Below are positions 28,662 to 37,817 of a stretch of DNA of 64,000 bases, piece after piece. Every line of letters starts with the position of its first letter. The first letter of the stretch is position 1. Source of the DNA: a virus; IMG/VR virus record IMGVR_UViG_3300017792_000017, positions 64,001 through 128,000 of that record. One strand, 5' to 3'. Under the pieces are notes generated by a model. It did no database searches. It was not told where the DNA came from and was given only the letters and a program-made list of their open reading frames with translations. A program made the position numbers and the translations under genes.

Positions 28662-29076
28662 GTTTGTTAATCTGTTTATTTAGTTTAACACCAGCATAGT
28701 CTGCTGCTAAACCAGCTGCTCCACTTAACGCCATAATTTTAGCGTTGTGAAGTTTGGCACCTTGCCCGAATACCTTAGGCATAGAGTTCATCAGCTTATG
28801 AGCACCAAAGCCTGTAGCTGTGCCCAAACCAGCGATTACGCCAGTGTTGACCAGCTCTTGTTTATGTGTTAAATCCTGCGCAGCTTTATACAACGCTCTG
28901 GTAAAGAGAGTCTTAGCTCCCCGTATCAGTTTTGAACCAGGTGCCGTAATAGGCGCTGGTTCTTTTACTTTCCCTAGGCTTACATCTTTCTTGACAATCA
29001 TACCAGCCGATTTGATGCGACCTTGAGTGTCCATGTCAAAATTAAGACTAGCGATTTTTTCAAGATATTTGTTCAT
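28651..29076 (-). CDS. putative internal head protein with MNKYLEKIAS leader
   Basis: Leader motif plus Gly/Ala hydrophobic segments. Confidence 0.7.
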   Translation of the reverse strand: MNKYLEKIASLNFDMDTQGRIKSAGMIVKKDVSLGKVKEPAPITAPGSKLIRGAKTLFTRALYKAAQDLTHKQELVNTGVIAGLGTATGFGAHKLMNSMPKVFGQGAKLHNAKIMALSGAAGLAADYAGVKLNKQINKHVQ

Positions 29077-29145
29077 AGTTACCTAATAAAAAACCCCTCT
29101 ACATCGAGGATACAGAGGGGTTCTTACTTTATAAAATCAAGCTAG

Positions 29146-29703
29146 TTAGTCTGCTTTAGATTTATGTTTCTTGTCTGCTAGAGCACCTTTGATTGCCGAG
29201 TAGGCTTTTCCGCCAAGGTATCCACCGCCGACAGATCCTGCAACAAGTCCTGGAAGTCCAGCTGCATGAACACCTGCTACAGCACCTGCAGTACCGGTTA
29301 CGAATCCTGACAAGGTACCACCTACTTTATCACCTTTTTTGGATCCAGCATAACCACTTAGTGCACTAAGAAGAGCTTCTTTTTCTAACTCAGAAGCCTT
29401 CTTTTCTACTAGATCAACTGCATTTTCAAAATCCAGACCTGAGTCTACCAGAAGACTTACTGCAGCTTGTTTTTCTTGGTTTTTGTTCTTTTGTACTGCG
29501 GCGCCAACACCTAGACCTAAGACTCCTGCGCCAGTGGCCGCTGCTGCGACCCTAGCCTTATTCAGTGTGCGTGGAGCACCCATAACATTCTTGGGACCCC
29601 CACCTGAGCCTGGAATACGTGTGACTTTTTGAGCTAACGAAGTGCCTGGAACTTTACCCGCTAGTTGCAGGACACCCGCTTCTTTCGTTAGCCCAGCTTT
29701 TTT
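29146..29703 (-). CDS. -1 frame extension of the scaffold-like protein (ORF track lists only 29146-29583)
   Basis: Frame stays open from the slippery site at 29697-29703 to the stop at 29146; contains the same helical repeat as the upstream ORF. Confidence 0.65.
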   Translation of the reverse strand, partial: KKAGLTKEAGVLQLAGKVPGTSLAQKVTRIPGSGGGPKNVMGAPRTLNKARVAAAATGAGVLGLGVGAAVQKNKNQEKQAAVSLLVDSGLDFENAVDLVEKKASELEKEALLSALSGYAGSKKGDKVGGTLSGFVTGTAGAVAGVHAAGLPGLVAGSVGGGYLGGKAYSAIKGALADKKHKSKAD

Positions 29704-30551
29704 ACCAAGTTTACTGCGGTGTCAAAATCGAAGCCAGCTTCGATGAAGTGTGACAGTGCAGCTTGCTTAACTTGTGAAGCTTCTTCACGTTCGATTTCTT
29801 CAGCAGCTTCCTTGACCATGTTTACTGCATCGTCAAATTCAAAGCCTTGTTCTACGAGTGATGAAACTGCAGCAGCCTTTTCTTGACCAGCCGTTACCCA
29901 ACCACCAGTTTGAACTTGGTTAGGAGCTTGTGCACCGATTTGTGCGCCTTCATCCTTAGCAACGCCAGGAGCAGGATTTTGATCAACTGGAGCAGCGCCA
30001 CGAGCCATTGCGTCAGCAACGATTGCGTCGAAGATTTGGTTGATTGTACCACCATTACCCTTGCCGTCTGTGCCGGGTTGGTTCTGGATGATAGCATCTT
30101 GTTCAGCTACTTGAGCTGCAAGATCTTGTTGTGTCTTGTTCGGTACAGCATTACCAATACCGTTAACGGTATTTTGGTCACCTACTGAAGCCAGCTTTTC
30201 AAGAAGAGCTTCGGCTAGTGCCTTGCCTGCGTCAGCAGCTTGTTTGTTCATAGTATCCTCTGGTTTAACTTGATCAAGTTTAATGGATGCAACTTTTTGC
30301 ATTACTTCTTTTGCTAAGTCAGCGCCTTTAGCCGCAGCTTCTTTGACACGTTCATCAGCATCGTTCTTCTCTTTGGCGTCCTTGACTTCTTCCTTAGCTT
30401 CCTTTACATCTTTGTCAGCTTTGTCGATAGCCTTTTCTGCCTTATCTTCATCTTTCTTTTCTTCTTTCTCTGTATCTTCACTAGCTACTTTATGGAGGCC
30501 AGCTTCTTTTTGCAGATCATTAAGAAGACCGTCTAGAGTGAAACTCATCAT
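29688..30551 (-). CDS. putative scaffold/core protein with repeated helical motif and KxA sites
   Basis: Directly downstream of protease; highly charged; about nine KxA motifs. Confidence 0.7.
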   Translation of the reverse strand: MMSFTLDGLLNDLQKEAGLHKVASEDTEKEEKKDEDKAEKAIDKADKDVKEAKEEVKDAKEKNDADERVKEAAAKGADLAKEVMQKVASIKLDQVKPEDTMNKQAADAGKALAEALLEKLASVGDQNTVNGIGNAVPNKTQQDLAAQVAEQDAIIQNQPGTDGKGNGGTINQIFDAIVADAMARGAAPVDQNPAPGVAKDEGAQIGAQAPNQVQTGGWVTAGQEKAAAVSSLVEQGFEFDDAVNMVKEAAEEIEREEASQVKQAALSHFIEAGFDFDTAVNLVKKLG

Positions 30552-30609
30552 GACTAATATCCTTTTTTAATAGGGCTACGTTGAATTGTAGCCTTTCGAA
30601 AATCTTAGG

Positions 30610-32124
30610 TCAATTCTTTTTCTTCTGAACCAACTTAACCATCGCTGTTTTGGCGAGTTTGTAAGTCAGCTTATAGTCAGAAGCAGATTTAACTAAAACT
30701 ATTTTAACACCATCTGAAGCCTTGTTCAATTCTTGCTCTTTCATTTTCCGCTCTATTGCTTGGGTAATGTACCACTTAGCAGCTAGAGCAGCTCCGCCGA
30801 TAGCAGCAATGGCAGTAAGCATCTTCATCAAACTTGACTTATTCCCTTCTTCTGACTTGAGATTCTGTTCACGGAACTTTTCGTAAATCGTAGGTTCGAT
30901 GTGAGGACCGTTGCCGACAAAGCCAACATTAGTACCCTGTACATAACCGTAAGTCGAAGCCTGTTTGTTCAGCGATACACGTTCCTCAACATACTGTGGA
31001 AGATACGAGGCATCCTGCATATGAGGAAGCATAGCATGAACGATACCGATGTTGGGTTCTGTAATTTCACCGAAATCACGGTCGAATTCGGGAATAGCAG
31101 TAAGACCAACCTTATCAAAATATGCAGCAGCCATTGGGCCAATGCCGCGCCCTTCTTCACCCATCAATTTTCTAGCAATCAGTTCAGCGAGAAAACCAAT
31201 CGAAGGGCTAATGCCAAGATGAGCAAAGGTACTAAAAGTCTCATTAAGCTTATAATTTCGAAGAACATCGATAACCGATCCTTGCGGATCACTAACTCGT
31301 GATACAAGATTATCAAGATTAGAATCGATAGATACAACATCGCCATCAATCTCCTTCGTTAATTCTGAAAGCTTTTTAAGAGTAGCACTCTTCTGTAACG
31401 GAAGGTCATTTAGACCAGCCATTAGCGCCTCATCCACTGAACCAATCACTTCGCTTTCAGATGCTACTTTCTGTAGAACTGCGCTAGTTACGTCTGCTGG
31501 ACGAAATACAATAGAGATGTCGAAGAATCGCAATGGAGCCAAGTTAAGCGCCATTACCTTACGACCATCAGGGAAAACCTTACCCAACTGTTCGCTTAGA
31601 TGCTCACAATACTCTTCACGGGTACGAGCTTTGTTACCACAAATTGAACAAACATCGAAAGGTGTACGGCAAGCCATTGAAGTCTTTGGCCAGTCACCGC
31701 TTTCGATACGATCAACGATGTCTGGAGCCTTGTCGTTCCAAAGCTCAGCGATAAGCTCAACGCGGTGCATTCTGTCGTTGTAGACAGAGTACACAACTTG
31801 ACCAATAGCGATTTCGGGATTTTTGTTTACGTGGTTTCTGAAAATATGGGCAGGAGCAGTCTCAAAGGTATTGTGGTAATCAATGAGGTTACTTTCTGGG
31901 AAGTAGTCAGCATTACGGTTTGCACCATAAAACTCTCCAGCACCCATAGCTAGAATGTGAAGATACGTCTTGCCCTGAATGGGCGTTAGTTTAGAAGCGA
32001 ATTCTTGAATGCGAGAATCCGTAGCCTGCTTAATAAGACTGCCTGTAAGATCTTTGGGATCGAGAATAGTTACCTGTGGTTCTTCACGGTAAAAAGAAGA
32101 CGTATCGATTAGTTTAGTTAGCAT
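30610..32124 (-). CDS. probable prohead (maturation) protease with Zn-finger insertion
   Basis: HIFRNH...KTSMAC...CSICGN...CEH...FDISIVFRPAD matches the HK97/herpes-type protease layout (His, Ser, then S-x-V-x-x-PA); C-terminal part rich in KxA. Confidence 0.7.
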   Translation of the reverse strand: MLTKLIDTSSFYREEPQVTILDPKDLTGSLIKQATDSRIQEFASKLTPIQGKTYLHILAMGAGEFYGANRNADYFPESNLIDYHNTFETAPAHIFRNHVNKNPEIAIGQVVYSVYNDRMHRVELIAELWNDKAPDIVDRIESGDWPKTSMACRTPFDVCSICGNKARTREEYCEHLSEQLGKVFPDGRKVMALNLAPLRFFDISIVFRPADVTSAVLQKVASESEVIGSVDEALMAGLNDLPLQKSATLKKLSELTKEIDGDVVSIDSNLDNLVSRVSDPQGSVIDVLRNYKLNETFSTFAHLGISPSIGFLAELIARKLMGEEGRGIGPMAAAYFDKVGLTAIPEFDRDFGEITEPNIGIVHAMLPHMQDASYLPQYVEERVSLNKQASTYGYVQGTNVGFVGNGPHIEPTIYEKFREQNLKSEEGNKSSLMKMLTAIAAIGGAALAAKWYITQAIERKMKEQELNKASDGVKIVLVKSASDYKLTYKLAKTAMVKLVQKKKN

Positions 32125-32147
32125 AGTTCTATTTTACAGGCGAATCT

Positions 32148-32957
32148 TTATTTTGACTCTTTCTTCGGATGCCACTTGTCCATAATTTTCTTGGCAAGAT
32201 ATGCACCGGCTACTGGGATTGCAGCCCCAACAGCATAAGAGCCCATTTGCGAAGGTAGAAGCTTGCGTACATACTTATTAGCAGCGGCAGCTCCCTTGTG
32301 GGCTTTAATTCCTTTGTATGCATGGTAATTAGCAGCAGCTTCTTCTCTTAAAGTTAGTGCGCCAGGAATAGCTGCAACGGCTGGAGCGTAATCACGAGTC
32401 TTGTCATTTGAAAGAGCTGCAATGGTAGCAACACTACTTACTCCGGGCATTTTGGCAATTGGAGCCAACGCTTTAAGCTTTCCGTAACTTTGGAAGTCTT
32501 TGGCGTGGCCAAGTTCATGCATTAGAACGTCAGCGTTCTTAACAGTCTTTCCACCATTTCTTAATCCTACTACAAAGTCTTTTTGAGCACCTACCCCTCT
32601 GGTACGTAGAAACGCAGGTCCAGGAGCGTCATTACTAGCTAAGTGTTTATAAATCTTTCCCAAAGGATTCTTTGAAAAAGTCATTTTATCTACATTGTGC
32701 TTTCTAGTATTGAAAGTAGTGGTTTTATGTAAACCATTATCTTTCATAAACTTTCTAAGGGTGTGGTGATCTGCTCCAGAATCGCTGTGAGAAGCTGATA
32801 TTGCAGATACAACTTTTCTAGATACTGCATGCTGTAGGGCACCACCGGCTACTCCCGCAGAAAAGCCTCCAAGCAAGGAGGCTCCTACTGCTGAAACAAC
32901 TTTAGACTTATCTTTGTTCTTGTCTGATGCTATTTTTTCTAAATACTTATTTTGCAT
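32148..32957 (-). CDS. putative virion zinc metallopeptidase with MQNKYLEKIAS leader
   Basis: VLMHELGHAKD (HExxH) plus downstream LREEAAA glutamate; hydrophobic segments. Confidence 0.7.
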   Translation of the reverse strand: MQNKYLEKIASDKNKDKSKVVSAVGASLLGGFSAGVAGGALQHAVSRKVVSAISASHSDSGADHHTLRKFMKDNGLHKTTTFNTRKHNVDKMTFSKNPLGKIYKHLASNDAPGPAFLRTRGVGAQKDFVVGLRNGGKTVKNADVLMHELGHAKDFQSYGKLKALAPIAKMPGVSSVATIAALSNDKTRDYAPAVAAIPGALTLREEAAANYHAYKGIKAHKGAAAANKYVRKLLPSQMGSYAVGAAIPVAGAYLAKKIMDKWHPKKESK

Positions 32958-33261
32958 TTTGGTCAGGGACTAATTTCAGATTTACGGTTACCTTAGGCTT
33001 TTTCCTAAGAGCCTCTGAAATACCCTTAAGCTCGTTCAGCGATTGCGCCTCAAGTACGCCACGTTTTTTATTGTCAAGCTTATTCTCTAGGCTATTACTA
33101 TAATTAGCAGCGCCTAGAGAGAGACCGGCAGCAGACATACCCAGACCAACTTTAGAAGTTGTTGAGCTTCGTTTCCAGCCCTTCGCAAAACTTTTGCCGA
33201 AACCAGTTATGGATTCAGCTACAGCTTTTGCGGATGCGATTTTCTCTAGGTACTTATTCAT
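32947..33261 (-). CDS. putative internal head protein with MNKYLEKIAS leader
   Basis: Leader motif. Confidence 0.7.
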   Translation of the reverse strand: MNKYLEKIASAKAVAESITGFGKSFAKGWKRSSTTSKVGLGMSAAGLSLGAANYSNSLENKLDNKKRGVLEAQSLNELKGISEALRKKPKVTVNLKLVPDQNAK

Positions 33262-33263
33262 AT

Positions 33264-33812
33264 TTATAGGAACGACTTAGGTGAGAACGAACTGTTATCT
33301 TTCCAACGACCTTCTAGATCTGTAAGACTCTTGATAGTCATAATATCAATGCCGTCACCATGAACTGCGTTGGTAAGAACAGATTGTAGCAGATTAGGAT
33401 CAGTTGCAACCATAGGTGCAAACTTATAGATTGTATCTGCGTAATGCTCTACCTTAGAACGCTCAGCGGTCTGAAGGATATGAGAGTTTGAAATAGCTTG
33501 TAGAAGAGCCTTCTTAAAGCGATTATAGCGAAATTGATCTACTACGCTCTTCGCTGCACCTGAAAACATCCAAAGACCTGTACCTACTGCAAGTCCACCT
33601 GCTGATTTACCAGCTTGTTCCAGAAAGCCCTTTGCAACGCTTTCGCCTGGACCCATAACACGGGATTGAGCAGCATTAGCTTGTTTTTCAACTTCTTCAG
33701 CAGCTTCTTTTTCAAGCATTACATGCGTAACAAAACCGGCTAGAAATTCATCAGCCAGTTTTTCGTCTCCAGCAAACTTCTCAAGACCCATTTGCTTAAC
33801 TTCATTTAACAT
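33264..33812 (-). CDS. putative head protein
   Basis: LEKFAG, LEKEAA, VEKQAN motifs. Confidence 0.65.
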   Translation of the reverse strand: MLNEVKQMGLEKFAGDEKLADEFLAGFVTHVMLEKEAAEEVEKQANAAQSRVMGPGESVAKGFLEQAGKSAGGLAVGTGLWMFSGAAKSVVDQFRYNRFKKALLQAISNSHILQTAERSKVEHYADTIYKFAPMVATDPNLLQSVLTNAVHGDGIDIMTIKSLTDLEGRWKDNSSFSPKSFL

Positions 33813-33840
33813 TTTATGTTGTTCCTTTATTCAATCTTTA

Positions 33841-34923
33841 TTAATCACGCTGGAGAGCGCTCCAGACATCGTTACTTCTACCGGTTGTCTTGTCTACACC
33901 TGGATCATAGAAAGCTGCATCAGCTATAGGACCAGCAGCATTAAACAAAGACTTACCAGCGCTTACTGTAGTCTTACCGATAGCCTTTGCTGTATTTTTT
34001 ATGGTGGGTTTACCAAGTGCTGAAAGATTGTCTTTAACAGACTTATTAACAGCTCCGCCTACTGCCTTTGCTACTCTCATCGGAGAAGATGCTACAGTAC
34101 CGATTATCTTACCTGCTGCGTATGCCGGGTTAGCTTTTTGAGCAGTAACCTTAGCAGAAGCTGCAGCTCCGTTCATGGCCCTAGTGAACATGTTTGATTT
34201 TACACCTTGCGCAGCATCAGCAGCGCGTTTCTGAAGACCAGAACGCTCACGTTGTTCACGAACAAGTTCACGAGCTTGTTTGTACAGATCTGCAAAAGCA
34301 TTTACTTCTTTAAGCTGAGCTGATTTAAATAGACCTAGCTCACCAATATCACGATACGCTTTAACTTCGCCAGAAACGAGGACAGAAAGCTCTGAGAACG
34401 TTTGTTCTTCTGTGACACATGCCAGCTTATCCATCCATGCATCATCCTTGCTAAGAGCCTTTGCGGCCTTCACAAGCGTATCTGCTAAAACGATAGCATC
34501 AATCTCTAGGCGATCAAGAGCTTCTTTGTTAGCTGCTGCTGACTTTATAAGATATGTGAGCTTCTCTGCTTCTACTAATTCTAGTTCGTGGCTTGAAGCT
34601 TCTTTCTCAAGATTTGCTTGAAGCTCTTCTGCTTTTACTTGTGCTACTTTTTCTTGAAAACCTTCAGGAATCGTAGCTGCTGACATTACTTCAGCAAACT
34701 TAGCTAGGGGGAATTCTACTGTGCGGTCTTCTGCATGTTGAAGAACCTTCAAATAAGCAATGTTATTCGTTGATTCAACAGCACGCTTCACTTGTTCTAC
34801 ATTCAGTTCGTAAGCGGCTGCTTGTTTAGCAAGGCCCTTGCTCAGAGGAACTTTATTGTTCAGGAAATCTTCAACTGCTTGAACTGAGATATCCCGAATA
34901 AGTTCAGGGGTTACGTTTGCCAT
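33841..34923 (-). CDS. putative head core protein
   Basis: Multiple KxA motifs, basic Ala-rich C-terminus; TAAAATA at 34946-34952. Confidence 0.65.
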   Translation of the reverse strand: MANVTPELIRDISVQAVEDFLNNKVPLSKGLAKQAAAYELNVEQVKRAVESTNNIAYLKVLQHAEDRTVEFPLAKFAEVMSAATIPEGFQEKVAQVKAEELQANLEKEASSHELELVEAEKLTYLIKSAAANKEALDRLEIDAIVLADTLVKAAKALSKDDAWMDKLACVTEEQTFSELSVLVSGEVKAYRDIGELGLFKSAQLKEVNAFADLYKQARELVREQRERSGLQKRAADAAQGVKSNMFTRAMNGAAASAKVTAQKANPAYAAGKIIGTVASSPMRVAKAVGGAVNKSVKDNLSALGKPTIKNTAKAIGKTTVSAGKSLFNAAGPIADAAFYDPGVDKTTGRSNDVWSALQRD

Positions 34924-35068
34924 TCTTGGCTCCATTCTGTGACTTTATTTTAACCTTGGCTGACAAGGATATAAAAGGCTTCTTGGGATGCTTAATAGCC
35001 TTTTGACCTTTACGCATCGTAAGCTGACCCTTCTTTTTAGACGCTATTTTTTCTAGGTATATGTTCAT
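34904..35068 (-). CDS. 54-aa highly basic protein with MNIYLEKIAS leader
   Basis: MNIYLEKIASKKKGQLTMRKGQKAIKHPKKPFISLSAKVKIKSQNGAKNGKRNP; starts just after upstream stop; absent from ORF track. Confidence 0.7.
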   Translation of the reverse strand: MNIYLEKIASKKKGQLTMRKGQKAIKHPKKPFISLSAKVKIKSQNGAKNGKRNP

Positions 35069-35070
35069 AA

Positions 35071-35760
35071 TTAGTCGTTACTATCTGAGTCAACCTTATA
35101 TAGGTCGCCATTCAATTCAGCCATACTGAAACCTTCCAAGCTATCAAACCCTTCAAAGTCAGGTACAACCTCACGAATAGCGATCTCAAGGTCTTTCTTA
35201 GCAGCGCCAGCATCGGTAGTCCAAATCTTCAACAGACGCGCAATGTCCATTGATAGCTTCGTCCACTTAGTTGCTTCACGGCTTGACTCTGATGCATTCT
35301 GGCTGAACATGGCTTCACGGCTCTTATAGACACATGTCGTAAAGAGATCGACTAGACCTTCAACCGGAGAAATTGTTACTTGTTTGCCCATTCTCCAAGA
35401 GATGAAAGGCAAACCTTGACTAAGTGCCCATGTTTTCAGGGCAGCTTCTGTTTTGTCACGCACATCCAAGAGTTCCATCTTGCTTAGTTTATCCAGTTCC
35501 ATAACATCATAAAAAATGTCGTTGTACATCTGGATAACATCCGCTGGAATTTCAAGGATGTGGGAAATAGCGTTTACGTCGTTGCTACAAAGCAAACTAG
35601 CTTCGACGTAACCTTTTTTGAGTTTCGATTCTTTTAAAGGTATGGCTTTCAGATAGGCGGTACGTTCAGGGCAATCCACTTCAGATAATAGGATATCTAC
35701 TAGTGGATCAACGCCCCGAACATTGTTACGGATGTGTAATTCTCTCTGATTAACGCGCAT
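35071..35760 (-). CDS. hypothetical late protein
   Basis: 229-aa ORF in operon. Confidence 0.75.
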   Translation of the reverse strand: MRVNQRELHIRNNVRGVDPLVDILLSEVDCPERTAYLKAIPLKESKLKKGYVEASLLCSNDVNAISHILEIPADVIQMYNDIFYDVMELDKLSKMELLDVRDKTEAALKTWALSQGLPFISWRMGKQVTISPVEGLVDLFTTCVYKSREAMFSQNASESSREATKWTKLSMDIARLLKIWTTDAGAAKKDLEIAIREVVPDFEGFDSLEGFSMAELNGDLYKVDSDSND

Positions 35761-35770
35761 ATCTTCATGT

Positions 35771-37738
35771 TTACTCTTTTACCGACATTTGTTTGCCGGG
35801 TGCTTCCGTATCAATAGAATCACTGACAGCAGCCATTTCTTTCAGCTTAATGAAATTGTCACCAAGCAGACGGTACACAGTCTTAAGCGAAGCTAGGAAA
35901 GCGTATACTTGATCGGCATCATTTGCTTCAGCAAGGCGGCTAATGTGAACACGAGCCATGAACAGAGTACGACCAAGCTTATCAATTGCTTCTTCAATGT
36001 CTGGCAGATATTCATTGATCAGCTCAAACATATCAGGAGCTTGAAGAAGTTCAGAAATAATCGTCGCTTCCGTTACCTGTGCATCACCAGCCTTAAGAGA
36101 TTCTTGAACGTTAGGAATCATGTTTCCGTTTGGCTTGTAAGCCCCGTTCATCGTAACTTCATCTGGTTCAATGCCAGTTAGGTCTTCTTCACCATAACTA
36201 GGAATCTTGCCATCGTCTGAATCTGTTGTGAAGCCAGCGCGCTTAGTCATGTAGACCTTTGCAAACTTAACTTCCTTAGCCTGTTTTACAAATGATGCTG
36301 CATGTTCAGGATCAATACCTTCACCTACGACTAGACGCTTCATTACGTCAGCTTCGGCACCAGCAGTCTTACCATTGATAGCAAATTCAATACCATCGTA
36401 GCCAATATTCATTTCTTCACCAAGCCACTGAATATCAGTCAGCTTACGCTTGTGTGATGCTGCATTGACGTTTACTTCTAGCTCACCGGTAATGTCTCTA
36501 CGCAGTTTGAGAATAACTGAATTATGCGGAATATAGATCTCATGCTTTGAGCCCTTTCCACAAATACTGATTTCACCTGCAAGATTACGATAACCATATA
36601 CTGTTACTGCACCATATCCTGTTTGATATGATGAGCCAGTTGCTTCTACTCCGAGGCTGCTAAGAGCTACACGGTTAATAGAAATCGGACCCAGGAATCT
36701 ACCTGAGTTAAGCACGATTACGATTTTATCACCAGATTCTACATCTTTCAACATTACTGGTGGATTATATTGGAAAAGAGTCTTTAGGACTTCTTTTCTG
36801 TCAAGGTTGTCGCCTACCGTAATAAAGCTACCTGAAAGCGCATAGTCGCCTGATGTAAAAATTGCAAGAGATGAAGTAGGATCCTCATAGCTACGACCGT
36901 AGCTCGTGCTCACACCTCTTGGGCTAGAACCCACAGTATACATTTTCGGAACGTACGCATCACGAGACGAGCCATTAGTAAGCATAATTTCAAAATCTTT
37001 ATCTCCGTCAAGATTTGTGATGTTACGGAAGGTCCCTGAAGAATTGAAATCATGCACACATACAGCTACTCGTGAGGAAGGTTGCTCGCCTGAAATATGA
37101 TACCCGTCGTTCAGGATTGAGGAGATCTGATCTGGGGTCATGCTTGGGTTTGCATCTGTGACTACTGAGATTGGAGCCTCATTAGTAGCAGCAGCCATAC
37201 TTTGCGGCTTTTTCTTTAGAACGTCAAAGATTGCCTTCAGTCCATACATCTGATCGAGCGAGTCGTAAACCGACTTTTCAGCTGCGATCTTTTCCATAGT
37301 AACCTGCTTTAGATAGTCAGGCATACTGGCTAGAAAGTCGGTAAGACGACTTGTACTAGCATAAACATGTTTACCAGTGCGCGGAGGATTAATCATGTCC
37401 GCAACACTAGGATTACCAACGACAGTCTTCGGAATCTCCGTAGGCTTGCCTTGTTCGAGTTGGCTTGAAGCGACAACCATCGTCACTGTCTTCTTGGTCA
37501 GAGGGAAGAATTTCTTGTCTGTATCAAAGAAGATTGAATCAATCGGATATACGTTATCGTTTTTAGCTACGACTGGGATGAAGAAGATTTCACTTCCGAC
37601 TCTCAATACGAAGACACCGACTTGAATGCCAGTGTCGTCTTGAAGTTCCTCAGAAACGTCTTTAAACGTGATAATGTAATTTCCTAGCTCCGGAACAGTT
37701 TGAAGCAGTTTTGCAAGAGCGATGTCGGAGAAATCCAT
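35771..37738 (-). CDS. large putative head protein
   Basis: 655 aa, MEKIAA/FVKQAK/MTKRAG motifs; TAAAATA at 37778-37784. Confidence 0.65.
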   Translation of the reverse strand: MDFSDIALAKLLQTVPELGNYIITFKDVSEELQDDTGIQVGVFVLRVGSEIFFIPVVAKNDNVYPIDSIFFDTDKKFFPLTKKTVTMVVASSQLEQGKPTEIPKTVVGNPSVADMINPPRTGKHVYASTSRLTDFLASMPDYLKQVTMEKIAAEKSVYDSLDQMYGLKAIFDVLKKKPQSMAAATNEAPISVVTDANPSMTPDQISSILNDGYHISGEQPSSRVAVCVHDFNSSGTFRNITNLDGDKDFEIMLTNGSSRDAYVPKMYTVGSSPRGVSTSYGRSYEDPTSSLAIFTSGDYALSGSFITVGDNLDRKEVLKTLFQYNPPVMLKDVESGDKIVIVLNSGRFLGPISINRVALSSLGVEATGSSYQTGYGAVTVYGYRNLAGEISICGKGSKHEIYIPHNSVILKLRRDITGELEVNVNAASHKRKLTDIQWLGEEMNIGYDGIEFAINGKTAGAEADVMKRLVVGEGIDPEHAASFVKQAKEVKFAKVYMTKRAGFTTDSDDGKIPSYGEEDLTGIEPDEVTMNGAYKPNGNMIPNVQESLKAGDAQVTEATIISELLQAPDMFELINEYLPDIEEAIDKLGRTLFMARVHISRLAEANDADQVYAFLASLKTVYRLLGDNFIKLKEMAAVSDSIDTEAPGKQMSVKE

Positions 37739-37817
37739 TTATAACAGTCCTTTGAAATATAAGCTCAATTATGCAGATATTTTAGCAGAATAACCTGCAT
37801 TTAGTCTACGTTTGATT

